Shown piece by piece: positions 51,258 to 61,864 of a DNA stretch of 64,000 nt (position 1 is its first letter; each line of letters opens with the position of its first letter). Origin of the DNA: an uncultured Armatimonadetes bacterium (GTDB lineage Bacteria; Armatimonadota; UBA5829; DTJY01); NCBI GenBank assembly GCA_963717145.1, contig OY970325.1, positions 640,001 to 704,000 on the forward strand, given 5' to 3'. Below the pieces are notes generated by a model. It searched no databases. It had not been told where the DNA came from and worked only from the letters and a program-made list of their open reading frames with translations. The translations under genes and the position numbers were made by a program.

Positions 51258-52082
51258 ATGGCCGTCATCAATGAAGTCCAGGCGAAGTCGATCCTGGGGA
51301 AGTCGGGCATCTCGGACTACTGCGTCAACTGCTACACCGGGTGCCTGCACAACTGCATCTACTGCTACGCACGGTTCATGAAGCGGTTCTCCGGCCACGA
51401 AGAGCCATGGGGCACGTTCCTCGATGCCAAGGTGAACGCGCCGGAGGTCCTCGCCAGGGAGGTGAAACGCAAGCCGCCCGGTCACGTCTTCGTCAGCTCG
51501 GTCTGCGACGCCTATCAGCCGCTCGAGATGCGATACCGGCTCACCCGCGAGTGCGTCAGGATCCTGGTCGACGCCGGTTTCCATCCCGCCATCCTCACGA
51601 AGAGCAAGCTGGTCACCCGCGATTTCGATATCCTGGAGGGGCACGAGAACTGCAACGTCGCCTGCACGTTGACGACCATGGATGAGCAACTCCGGTTTCG
51701 GATCGAGTCGGGCGCGTCTCCCACCCGGGAGCGGATCGCGGCTCTGGAGGAGGCGTGCTCGCGCGGGATCAGGGCCTCTGCGTTCCTCGGGCCGTTCATG
51801 CCGGGACTCTCCGACACCGATGAGGCGCTCGACGCGCTCGTCTCGGCGGTGGCGCATCTGCCGCTGACCCATCTCCATGCCGACAAGTTGAACTCGAGGC
51901 CCGGCGTATGGGATGCGGTTGTGCCGTTCATCAAACGGCAGCATCCCGGGCTGTTCGACCTCTACCGGACGCTGTTCTTCGACGAGGATGAGTACCGGGC
52001 CTATTGCGCCGATCTCGGTCACCGGCTGAGGAAGATCGCCGAGGCGCACCATATCTCCGATCGCCTGCAACCGGTGTTCTGA
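51258..52082 (+). CDS. Radical SAM protein (SPL-like)
   Basis: GCLHNCIYCYA CxxxCxxC motif; DAYQPLE and LTKS motifs. Confidence 0.85.
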   Translation: MAVINEVQAKSILGKSGISDYCVNCYTGCLHNCIYCYARFMKRFSGHEEPWGTFLDAKVNAPEVLAREVKRKPPGHVFVSSVCDAYQPLEMRYRLTRECVRILVDAGFHPAILTKSKLVTRDFDILEGHENCNVACTLTTMDEQLRFRIESGASPTRERIAALEEACSRGIRASAFLGPFMPGLSDTDEALDALVSAVAHLPLTHLHADKLNSRPGVWDAVVPFIKRQHPGLFDLYRTLFFDEDEYRAYCADLGHRLRKIAEAHHISDRLQPVF

Positions 52083-52244
52083 CAGGTAATACTCACGACG
52101 ACCACGATCACTCCGCAAAGTGTCATTCTTCACTTCGTTCAGAATGACATGGATGACGGTGTTCCAGTGCGCGCGAATTCCCTCATTTCGGAAGGATATG
52201 GGCCGTATGGAGGCTAACTGGTGATGCGAGGGGGATGATCCACA

Positions 52245-53641
52245 ATGAGCGACAGGGAGTTCACAAGACGCGAGTTTCTGGCAGGCATGGGGCGGCCGCC
52301 CTTTCGATTCCTCTGATGAGCAACATCGCATTCGGGGCGGAGGAGCGTCCGAATTTCGTCTTCATCCTCACGGATGATCAGCGGTTCGACGCGATGAGTT
52401 GCGCGGGCCACCCGTTCCTCCAGACGCCGAATATCGACCGGATCGCCAAAGAAGGCGCGATCTTCAGGAACGCGTTCGTCACCATCGCCCTCTGCGCTCC
52501 GAGCCGCGGATGCTTCCTTACCGGGAAGTATGCGCATTCGCATGGCGTCATGAACAACGGCACTCCGTTCGACGACAGCCAGCCGACGTTCCCATCGGTT
52601 CTGCAGAAGGCCGGATACGAGACCGCGTTCGTCGGCAAGTGGCACATGGGCGGCCAGGAAGGGCCTCGCAAGGGCTTCAACCACTGGTTCAGCTTCAAGG
52701 GACAGGGCGCGTATTACAATCCCACGATAAACGACAACGGCGAGGTCAGGCGCGTCGCAACCTATATGACAGACCTCCTGACGAATCATGCGGTGGACTG
52801 GCTCAGGAAGCCTCGGAATGCACCGTTCTGCCTGTGTCTTGCGCACAAGGCAGTTCACGGCCCATTCGAGCCCGCTGTCCGCCACCGAAAGCTCTACTCC
52901 GACGTGAAGATAGATCGTCCCGCGAGCATGACCGACACCCTCGAGGGCAAACCGGCGTGGGTGAAGCTAGGGATGGAACCGGGCCATGACTCCAAGGGCG
53001 CTCTCAAGGATCCCGCCAAGTTCGACGAGTTGGTCCAGGATTACTGCCGGACCCTCGTCGCGGTCGATGAGGGAGTCGGCCGCGTGCTCGATACACTGGA
53101 GGAGATGGGCCAGCTCGACAACACTGTGATCGTCTTCGCCGGCGATAATGGGTACTTCCTGGGAGAGCACAACCGCGTCGACAAGCGCGCGATGTACGAG
53201 GAGTCGATCCGCATTCCGTTCGTCATGCGTTATCCCAGGGCGGTCAAGCCCGGCACGGAGATCGAGGGCATGGTGCTCGGCATCGACCTCTGCCCGACGT
53301 TCCTCGCCTTGGCGGGAGTTGCGATACCTGAGGGCGTTCAGGGCAGGTCATTACGCCCGCTGCTCCGGGGGAAGACTCGCGGCTGGCGTGAGGACTGGCT
53401 CTACGAGTACTTCTGGGAGAAGGGATTCCCGAGGACCCCGACGATCACCGGCGTGCGCACCGAGCGGTGGATGTATGCCGAATACCCGGAGGTCGATGAC
53501 ATCTCAGAGCTGTATGACCTGAAGAACGATCCGACTCAGCTCCACAATCTGATCGGCGACCCGAAGCGCGCCGACGTCTTGAAGGACATGCAAGCTCGCC
53601 TCGCGCGTCTCAAGCAGGAAACATCTTACCCTGCCACATAG
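52245..53641 (+). CDS. Tat-exported sulfatase; frameshift near 52290 in the signal region
   Basis: MSDREFTRREFLAGMG lies in another frame from ATG 52245; DDQR, CAPSRG and GKWH motifs. Confidence 0.88.
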
Positions 53642-53644
53642 CAG

Positions 53645-53828
53645 GAACACAGAGACACAGAAGGAACACAGAAGCACGGAAAGGACTCTTGATGAGGAAG
53701 CCAGGAATGCAGGAAGGGAACGGAAGGCCTAGGTTTCCAGGTGCTCCGTTCATGGCTTCCTGAATTCCTGGTGTCCTGATAAGAATCCCTTTCCGTGTTT
53801 CCGACTCCTTCCGTGCTTCTGTGTTCTA
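53645..53828. repeat. ~185-bp nested-hairpin element (GAACACAGA...TCTGTGTTC)
   Basis: Tandem ACACAGA/GGAA units in inverted arms; homologs at 57199 and 61679. Confidence 0.8.
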
Positions 53829-53846
53829 TTCTGAACGGAGGATAGT

Positions 53847-54419
53847 ATGAACATCAAAGGAACACAGACCGAGAAGAACCTGCTCACCGCATTTGCCGGG
53901 GAGTCGCAGGCCCGCAACAGGTACTCTTTCTTTGCCAGCCAGGCAGCGAAGGATGGCTACGTGCAGATCGCCGCAATCTTCACCGAGACCGCCGACAACG
54001 AGAAGGAGCATGCCAAGCGCTTCTTCAGCTTCCTTGAGGGCGGCCCATGCGAGATCGTGGGTGTCTTCCCGGCCGGCAAGATCGGCACGACCGCGGAGAA
54101 CCTCCTCGCCGCGGCCGAAGGTGAGGCGGAGGAGTGGGGCAGCATCTACCCCGATTTCGCCAAGATCGCCCGCGACGAGAACCTCGCGGCCGTTGCCGTC
54201 GCTTTCGAGAAGATCGCGTCGGTCGAAAAGCATCACGAGGAGAGGTACCGCGCGCTGCTGAAGAACGTCGAGGACGCCAAGGTCTTCAAGAAGGATTCGA
54301 CGATGACCTGGAAGTGCAGGAACTGCGGCTACATCCATCAGGGCGCGGATGCCCCGTCGATGTGTCCGGCATGCATCCACCCGCAGGCGCACTTCGAGCT
54401 TCTGGCCGACAACTTTTGA
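53847..54419 (+). CDS. rbr: Rubrerythrin
   Basis: AFAGESQARNRY, EKEHA, EKHHE, CRNCG and CPAC motifs. Confidence 0.95.
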   Translation: MNIKGTQTEKNLLTAFAGESQARNRYSFFASQAAKDGYVQIAAIFTETADNEKEHAKRFFSFLEGGPCEIVGVFPAGKIGTTAENLLAAAEGEAEEWGSIYPDFAKIARDENLAAVAVAFEKIASVEKHHEERYRALLKNVEDAKVFKKDSTMTWKCRNCGYIHQGADAPSMCPACIHPQAHFELLADNF

Positions 54420-54435
54420 GCCGATCAAGCACCCG

Positions 54436-54513
54436 GGCTGTCATTCTGAGCTTGGCGAAGAATCTGGCCTCCCAGGCCGGGCCAGATTCTTCGCCAAGCT
54501 CAGAATGACAGCC
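54436..54513. repeat. Palindromic doublet TGTCATTCTGAGCTTGGCGAAGAATCT
   Basis: Perfect ~33-bp inverted arms. Confidence 0.9.
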
Positions 54514-54565
54514 ACTGATTGTATGTGTTGGGGCGGGAGTTGCACTCCTGCTCCGGAGGAAACCC

Positions 54566-55654
54566 ATGAACTTCCGAGAGCGGACACTGGCGATCTTCGC
54601 CCACCAACCCGTCGACAACGTCGTCTATCAGCCGCGGATCGAGCACTGGTACGGCGTCAACAGGGCTCAAGGCACACTCCCCGAGCGCTACCGGGAGATG
54701 TCGCTGCTCGATGTCTATGATGACCTCGGATGCTCGATCCGAAGCTACCCCTGGTTCAACGGCTGCCTCGGATGCAAGGACGACCCGACCGTGAAGTATG
54801 AGGCCGAGCAGCATGGGAACAAGCACATTTCCCGCTGGACCTGCCCGGTAGGAAGCGTGGAGACGCACTCCAGTTCGACCGGCCTGGCGTCTCACACCGA
54901 CAAGTTCCCGGTCGAGACTCCGGACGACGCGCGGGTGATGGAGTACATCATGCGTGGTCGCACCTGGTTCTTCAACAAGGAACTCTACTCGCAGAACGAT
55001 GCGCTGATCGGTGACCGCGCCGCTCCGATGGCGTTCATCCCGCGCATCAACATGCAGCGCATGCTCATCGAGATCATGGGTGTCGAGGGGACGATCTACG
55101 CGCTCCACGACGACCGGGCGATGGTCGAGCATCTCATCGACGTGATCAACGAGACCGACGAGCAGATGCTCCAAGTCGTGCTCGACAGCCCTGTGCCGAT
55201 CATCAACTTCGGTGACAACGTGGACCACCACTTCCTTCCGCCGAACCTCTTCGAGCGCTATGTGCTGCCGGAATATCAGCGCCGTGCGGACCTCTTCCGC
55301 GCGCGCGGGAAGTTCACGCACGCCCATTGGGATGGCAGCATCAAGCTCCTGCTTCCGTATTGCCAACAGACTCGGCTCGACGGCATCGAGGCGCTGACCC
55401 CGATCCCGCAAGGCGACGTCACGCTCCAGGAGATGAAGGCGGCGCTGGGGGATATGGTGATGTTGGACGGCGTCCCGATGACGAGCTTCCTTCCGAGCGA
55501 ACCGCTGGAGGAACTGGAGCGGACGGCGCGCGACTGCATCGAGATGTTTTCGCCGAACTTGGTCCTGGGCGTCTCGGATGAGCCGTCGCCGGTGTGCGAC
55601 ATCGAGCGCGTCCGCCTTGTGGCGGAGATCCTCAAGGAGTATGAGCCGGCATGA
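54566..55654 (+). CDS. UroD/MtaA-family protein
   Basis: FGDN, HWDG, IEALTP.PQGD and LGVSDE motifs. Confidence 0.75.
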   Translation: MNFRERTLAIFAHQPVDNVVYQPRIEHWYGVNRAQGTLPERYREMSLLDVYDDLGCSIRSYPWFNGCLGCKDDPTVKYEAEQHGNKHISRWTCPVGSVETHSSSTGLASHTDKFPVETPDDARVMEYIMRGRTWFFNKELYSQNDALIGDRAAPMAFIPRINMQRMLIEIMGVEGTIYALHDDRAMVEHLIDVINETDEQMLQVVLDSPVPIINFGDNVDHHFLPPNLFERYVLPEYQRRADLFRARGKFTHAHWDGSIKLLLPYCQQTRLDGIEALTPIPQGDVTLQEMKAALGDMVMLDGVPMTSFLPSEPLEELERTARDCIEMFSPNLVLGVSDEPSPVCDIERVRLVAEILKEYEPA

Positions 55655-56673
55655 GTGATCTGCCCGACAAGACTGGCTCACGGTTTCTGATCTACCGGTC
55701 TGAGGACGGCTCAGTCGGTATGCGAGTTCGACTGGAAGGCGAGACCGTCTGGCTGACCCAGAATCAGATGGCTGAGCTGTTCCAGACCACGAAACAGAAT
55801 GTGAGTCTCCACATTCGGAACATCTTCGCCGAGGGTGAACTGGACGCGAGGGCAACTGTCAAGCAATACTTGACAGTTCAAATGGAGGGAAGTCGGGAGA
55901 TCGAGCGCGCCTTGGATCATTACAACCTCGATGTGATCATCTCGGTCGGATACCGGGTGAGATCGCACCGAGGTACTCAGTTCCGTATATGGGCCACACA
56001 GCGGCTTCGCGAGTTGCTGACCAAAGGATTCACCCTCGACGATGAAAAGCTCAAGCAAGCCGGTGGCGGCGCTTACTTCGACGAGCTTCTCGCCCGGATC
56101 CGGGACATCCGATCGTCGGAGAAAGTCTTCTGGCGAAAGGTGCTCGAAATATACGCGACCAGCATGGATTATGACCCGCGTACTGAGATGTCCCAGCGGT
56201 TCTTCGCGACTGTCCAGAACAAGATCCACTGGGCGGCACACGGACACACCGCCGCAGAGATCGTATCCTCACGCGCCGACGCATCGGCGCCGAACATGGG
56301 GCTCACCTCCTGGGCCGGCGGCAAACCTCGCAAGGCGGACGCCGAGATCGCGAAGAACTACCTCGACCACGAGGAGTTGGATGCCTTGAACCGGATTGTA
56401 ACCGTATACCTGGAGTTTGCTGAGCTTCAAGCGCTGAATCGGAGCCCGATGTACATGCGCGACTGGCTCACCAAGCTGGACGACTTCCTCCGAATGAGCG
56501 GGCGGGAGGTGCTTGCGCATCTCGGACGGGTAACGCACGAGGAGGCGCTTTCCAAGGCCCATGCGGAGTTCGAGCGGTATCGCGCACAGCACTTGAACGA
56601 TGTCTCTCCGGTCGAAGAGCACTTCCTGGAGGCCATTGAGGAGTTGAAGCAGTTGGAGGCGAAGAAGCCATGA
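55651..56673 (+). CDS. RhuM-family virulence/DNA-binding protein
   Basis: ETVWLTQ.QMAELF, YNLDVIISVGYRV.S.RGTQFR.WAT and RIRDIRSSEK motifs. Confidence 0.9.
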   Translation: MSDLPDKTGSRFLIYRSEDGSVGMRVRLEGETVWLTQNQMAELFQTTKQNVSLHIRNIFAEGELDARATVKQYLTVQMEGSREIERALDHYNLDVIISVGYRVRSHRGTQFRIWATQRLRELLTKGFTLDDEKLKQAGGGAYFDELLARIRDIRSSEKVFWRKVLEIYATSMDYDPRTEMSQRFFATVQNKIHWAAHGHTAAEIVSSRADASAPNMGLTSWAGGKPRKADAEIAKNYLDHEELDALNRIVTVYLEFAELQALNRSPMYMRDWLTKLDDFLRMSGREVLAHLGRVTHEEALSKAHAEFERYRAQHLNDVSPVEEHFLEAIEELKQLEAKKP

Positions 56674-56694
56674 CAGTGGATAGGAGTATTTGAG

Positions 56695-57201
56695 ATGAGA
56701 CTTCAGAACAAAGAACAATCAGGTATGGTTTTCGATCGGATACTGGCAGAGGCGAGGGGCTTCGGGCTGGAGATTGCGGATCAGGACTTCGGACGTCCGT
56801 GGGGCGGATTCCTCAGGTTCGCGGAGGATTCGCTTCCGGCGTTCTTCGAGGCGTATTGGAAGGGTGCGGACACCGGGAAGCATGCGGGCCGGCGCGATCC
56901 GAAGGTCCTCATCGTCGCGCCCGCTCAGCGACTCTCGCTCCAGTTGCACCATAGGCGGTCGGAGCTTTGGCGGATACTCGACGGGCCCGTTATGGTGATC
57001 CACGGCCCGGACAAGGATCATCTGGAGGCCGACATCATGTACCCCGGCGAGACGATCAGCATCCCGTGCGGGCACATGCATCGGCTCGCGGGCGCTCTCG
57101 ACTCGTGGGGCAGGGTGGCCGAGATCTGGCAGCACGAGGATCCGAGCAACCTCTCAGACGAGTCTGATATCGTCCGGGTGCAGGATGATTACGCCCGGTA
57201 G
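56695..57201 (+). CDS. Cupin, mannose-6-phosphate isomerase type II C-terminal-like
   Basis: RPWGG, RLSLQ.H.RRSE.W and DIVRVQDDY motifs. Confidence 0.8.
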   Translation: MRLQNKEQSGMVFDRILAEARGFGLEIADQDFGRPWGGFLRFAEDSLPAFFEAYWKGADTGKHAGRRDPKVLIVAPAQRLSLQLHHRRSELWRILDGPVMVIHGPDKDHLEADIMYPGETISIPCGHMHRLAGALDSWGRVAEIWQHEDPSNLSDESDIVRVQDDYAR

Positions 57202-57280
57202 AACACAGAGGCACAGAAGGACACGGAAAAAGCGGGAGGCTTCTTATCAGGAAACCAGGAAGATAGGAAGCCAGGAATGG
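57199..57280. repeat. Half copy of the GAACACAGA element
   Basis: TAGAACACAGAGG...TTCTTATCAGGAAACCAGGAA matches one arm of 53645 and 61679. Confidence 0.7.
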
Positions 57281-57286
57281 GGATTG

Positions 57287-60170
57287 ATGGCGTGTCGGAT
57301 CGTGATTGTGGCCGTTCTCCTGATGATATCGATACCCGGGTGCGCGATGTCCGCATCCCTTGACATGGAGCGGGAAGTCCTTCATGTGGGGCACGATGGC
57401 CTGGCACTGACAGTCTCGCTCAGGAGTCCGCGTTTTGAGTTCGACGAGTCGGTCGTCGGAGGGACGCCGCCCCTGCGTACCAGTGGGGATCTGACTGAAG
57501 AGCGGGAAGCTCGCGGCCGTCTATCCGACTATCACGGTCGGTGACTCCGTGCTGGAGGTCCGCCTGCTCCTCGAATGGTCGGCGGAGGAGAACGTCCTGC
57601 ACAAGTGGGCCGAGTACCGTCTCATTGGCGGCTGTCCGAGGCTTCTCAAAGAGGTTACCCTGGACGAGGTTGTCACGTCCGGGCAGATCGACCTGAGTCC
57701 GAGCGACCCCCAGAGCCATCCCGCGTTTCTCGATGGATTCTTCGCCGGCATCGAGTTTCCGGTGGCGTCCACTCGGCTGGAGAATGGCCGTCTGATCCTC
57801 GCTCATCGCCCGGGTCTGATGGTGAAGCCAGGAACTTGGCATCAGACTCGGAAGGCCGTCTTCGGCGTCGCCCCGAAGGGCGAGGAGAGGCGCGCATTCG
57901 AGCGTTACATCGCCGCCAATCGTCCCGGTCCGAAGGGATTCCACGTCAACTACAACAGTTGGTGGACCTCCCCCGTGCCGTACAAGGAATCGGACATCCT
58001 CGGCATCGAGGCCATCTTCAAGGAGAAGCTCTACAAACCCCATGGTGTCTCCTTCGATACGTTCTGCATCGACATGGGCTGGTCCGACGTGAAGAGCGTC
58101 TGGGAGATTGACAAGGGGCTCTTCCCCGATGGTTTCACCAAGATCCAACGCGCGGCAGAGCGGATGAAGGCCAACCTCGGGCTCTGGATCTCCCCGTGCA
58201 GTGCGTATCCCGGTGCGGTCGACAACGAGCAGGCGGCTCGGGATGGCTATGAGACCTTCGTTGACGGGCCACGATACGCGTGTCTCGCCGGGGAGCGCTA
58301 TCGTGCGCGGCTGACGGACTGCCTCGTCCGGATGGTCACGGAGAACGGGGTGCGGCACATCAAGTTCGACGGCTACCGGCCCCAGTGCACAGAAGCCGGT
58401 CACGGTCACGAGCCGGGCGCACTCGGGTGCGAGGCGGTCGCTCAGGGGATGATCTCCGTATTCGAGGCCGTTCGCAGGGCCGCCCCCGACACCTGGATGG
58501 AGACGACGTGCTTCGGCTGGAACCCGAGTCCCTGGTGGCTCTTCTACGCCGACTCGGTGATCGGGACTTACGGCGACGACGCTCCATACGGGCGGGTTCC
58601 GTCGCCGGTCTACCGTGAGAGCTACACGACCGCCCGCGACTACTTCAACCTCCAGGGCGCGGACTTGCTGCCGATCCCGGATGTTGCGCAGGAGGTGCTC
58701 GGCGTCGTCCATCAGACGGGGGACGACCTGCTGAACGACGCGGTGATGACGATCATGCGGGGGCACATGTTCCTGCCGGCGTACATCAATCCCGCGTACA
58801 TGAGCGATCGGCGGTGGAAATCGCTGGCCGACCTCCTGAAGTGGGCGCGCGCAAACGCTCCGCTGCTCCAGGAGACCGAGCCGCTGCTGCCGGAATCATG
58901 GCTTCAGGGAAAGACGCCCAGGTTCACCAACGATTCGCCGATGCCGCGTGAGCCCTACGGATATGCGCATTGGGGTGACGGCAAAGGCCTGGTTGCGCTC
59001 CGGAATCCGTGGATCACGCCACAGACGTTCAAGCTCAAACTCGGCGCTCTTGCGAAGGACTCATCCGCAGTCAGCATCTATCCTGAGCCACGACTCTATA
59101 TGCGAGATCTCCGCTCCGGCGATACCATCGACGTTCCACTTGCGCCGTATGAGACGGTCGTCCTCTCGATCGGCCGAAACGCGACTGAAGGTCTGCCGGA
59201 TGCCTCGAAGGTCGAGCGGCGCATCAAGTCGGATGTCACGGAGCGCGCCCTGACACGGGTCAAGCTCGATGGCGCGGGTGAGGCGTTCGGGCCGGATTGG
59301 ACCGATCCGATGGCAGGCGCGGAGTCGGGGACTTCGCTCTCACTGGAGGCGGATGTCACTGTCGAGGCTCCTGACGCCGACCTGCTCGTGCTCCTGGAAG
59401 GGACTTCCTCACAGAACGCGCCGTACTGTCGCCTCCTGGTAGATGGCAAGGAGCGTCCGATGACCATGAGCGGCTCCGACGCTGGATGGGCGGCGACGGG
59501 TCTGCCGAAACCGGAGCACTGGCTGTTCCTGACGGCTCCTCTGCGGTCAGGCAAGAACCGCATCAAGCTCGATCTGCTGGCCGGCGATGAATGCCAGAAG
59601 CTCTCGGCATTCATCTGGGCGAAGATGCCCGGGAAACCGGGACAGCCATTGCCCGCGCCTGAGATGGTCTCCCGGGACGCTGTTCCTCTGCTCGAACCGA
59701 TCGAGACACGGACGATACCGATCACGAGCAAGGCGGTGAAGAGCACGATCGACCGGATCGACGGCATCTACCTCGACTGGCTCGAGCCGCTGTCGGTCTC
59801 GCAGGGGTGGGGGACGCTTCAGAGGAACAAGAGTGTCTGGGAGAAGCCGCTCGTCATCGCAGGGACACGCTACCTCAGGGGGCTCGGCACGCACGCGCCC
59901 TCGCGGATTACCTACGCCCTCGACGGAAAGTATCGGCGATTCCAGGCCTCGGTTGGCGCGGACTCTGCCACCAGCCCGACAGTCAGCTTCGAGGTCTGGG
60001 TCGATGGGGAGAAGCGCTGGGAGTCTGGCTTGATGAAACGCGAGGATGCCGCGCGTCCGGTGGACTTAGACATCACCGGCGCGAAGGTCCTCGAACTGAT
60101 CGTAGGCGACGGCGGGAACGGCATCAATGCTGACCACGCCGATTGGGCCGACGCTCGTCTGATGCGGTAG
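57287..60170 (+). CDS. Secreted GH36/alpha-galactosidase-like protein with C-terminal NPCBM domain; frameshift near 57495
   Basis: YNSWW, IDMGW, GLWISP and IKFDG motifs; GLGTHAPS...DHADWADA. Confidence 0.75.
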
Positions 60171-60177
60171 AGGACCG

Positions 60178-61665
60178 TCACTTCGGACAGAGGCAAGCCT
60201 CGATCCGCGCGTGGCACTTCGGGCAGGTCGGCACTCCTCGCGCGGGCTGCCAGTCGTTGCCGGCGTTCGGGCCGAGGATCACGAACTCCGCGCTGTACTT
60301 CCTGCCGCCGATGGTGACATGCGCCTTCACGATGTTCGAGTCGGTGGGATTCTCGGCGGTCACCTCGTATGCGACCTCCTCCTCCGACGGCCTCAGAGGG
60401 TCCGACACCCAGCCCGCGGGGACTTCCAACTGCATGTCGGCGGTCACCCGATGGCCGGAGCGCTCAGCAGTGACGCTTAGCACCTTTGGGAAGCCCGGAC
60501 GGATTACCGGCTCGCCATGGTAGTGCAGAGTGATCTCGATGTCGTCGTCCACGGTTGCCGTCGCCGACTCCATGTCGCGAGTCCAAAGCTCCCTTGCCTC
60601 GTGATTCGCTGTCAAGAGTGGTACAGTAGCAACTGGTACTCTTGTACCAAAGGCTACAGTCGCAAGCTTCGATCGGGCATCGAGAACCGTTCTCCCGAGC
60701 AGCACGGTCTGATCGGTCAACTCGCCGACCGTCTTCGGCGCGTCGAGGTTCTGCGTGAACTTGTGGAGCACGATGCCCTCGCCGATCGGGTCGCGCCACT
60801 CAGAGGGGATGATCTTCGTCCCGCCGAGGATTCCGAGGAGAGAGCCAAGCGTCGCGCCGGTGCAGTCGGTGTCGTATCCGCAGTTGACAGCTTTGCACAA
60901 CTTATCGCCGTAATCCTGTCCATAGAGCCAGCCGATGATCGTGAAACCGTGGTTCTGCGGCGCGTGGCACGGATGATTGTGACCGAATCGGGTGATGATC
61001 CGGCTTCGGGCGTCTTCCCACGAGACTTTGTTCTCATGACACCAGACGGCGGATGTGACCGCTCGATGTATGTGCGACCAGACCGGGATCATGCCGAGCC
61101 CGATGCGGATCAGGGTTATCGGGTCGCTGATGACGAAGGCGGCGCTCTCCAGTGCCGCCCAGAACATCTCGCCCCAGACGCCTTCGCCGCCCGCGTGATC
61201 GAGGACGGCATCCTTCCACGCCATGACAGCCGCGAGTTGTGGATCGCCGGGAGCGATGCAGGCCCATATCTCGCTGCGGATCGGTGAGCCCATCTGGTCG
61301 ATGAAATCGTTCTCGAAGCACCCGCTAATGGGCGGCCGAAGCCCGCGCTGGAGGTTTCGCTGGCAGAACCCGTACTCGTCCCATGGATACGGCGCAAGGT
61401 GTTTCATCCAGTAGTCGGCGAAGTCATTGAGGCCGGGGTTGATGCCGCGCTCCTGGAGCATCTTCAGCCAGACGAGTTGGAGGTCGAGGTCGTCGTTCGG
61501 CGCTGACTCGGAGGGCATCGGATCGTAGTACTTGAGGGTCAGTATCTCCTTGCGGCCCTCGGTCGGAGCGCCGAGCGTGCCTCCGATGTTCTTGCCGAGC
61601 CAGCATGCGTAGACCTTGTCGCGGTACTCGGCCTCGCTCAGTATGATCGGTCGGTTCAGCTTCAT
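60178..61665 (-). CDS. ADP-ribosylglycohydrolase family protein with Cys-rich C-terminus
   Basis: GGTLGAPTE, NDDLD, IRSE and DTDCTGAT motifs. Confidence 0.85.
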   Translation of the reverse strand: MKLNRPIILSEAEYRDKVYACWLGKNIGGTLGAPTEGRKEILTLKYYDPMPSESAPNDDLDLQLVWLKMLQERGINPGLNDFADYWMKHLAPYPWDEYGFCQRNLQRGLRPPISGCFENDFIDQMGSPIRSEIWACIAPGDPQLAAVMAWKDAVLDHAGGEGVWGEMFWAALESAAFVISDPITLIRIGLGMIPVWSHIHRAVTSAVWCHENKVSWEDARSRIITRFGHNHPCHAPQNHGFTIIGWLYGQDYGDKLCKAVNCGYDTDCTGATLGSLLGILGGTKIIPSEWRDPIGEGIVLHKFTQNLDAPKTVGELTDQTVLLGRTVLDARSKLATVAFGTRVPVATVPLLTANHEARELWTRDMESATATVDDDIEITLHYHGEPVIRPGFPKVLSVTAERSGHRVTADMQLEVPAGWVSDPLRPSEEEVAYEVTAENPTDSNIVKAHVTIGGRKYSAEFVILGPNAGNDWQPARGVPTCPKCHARIEACLCPK

Positions 61666-61678
61666 GATCGACTCCTTT

Positions 61679-61864
61679 GGAACACAGATGGAACAGATGA
61701 TGCACAGATGGCACGGATGGGATTCTTATCGGGAAGCCAGAAATTCGGAAAACCACGAGAGGGATTGTGGAACTCCACTATGCCATTCATGGATTCCTGC
61801 CCTCCCGGTTTCCTGATATGTTTTTTCCGTGTCATCCTCTGCAATCTGTGTTATCTGTGTTCTA
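61679..61864. repeat. ~185-bp nested-hairpin element (GAACACAGA family)
   Basis: Arms GAACACAGAT / ATCTGTGTTC; includes the stop codon of the upstream gene. Confidence 0.8.
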
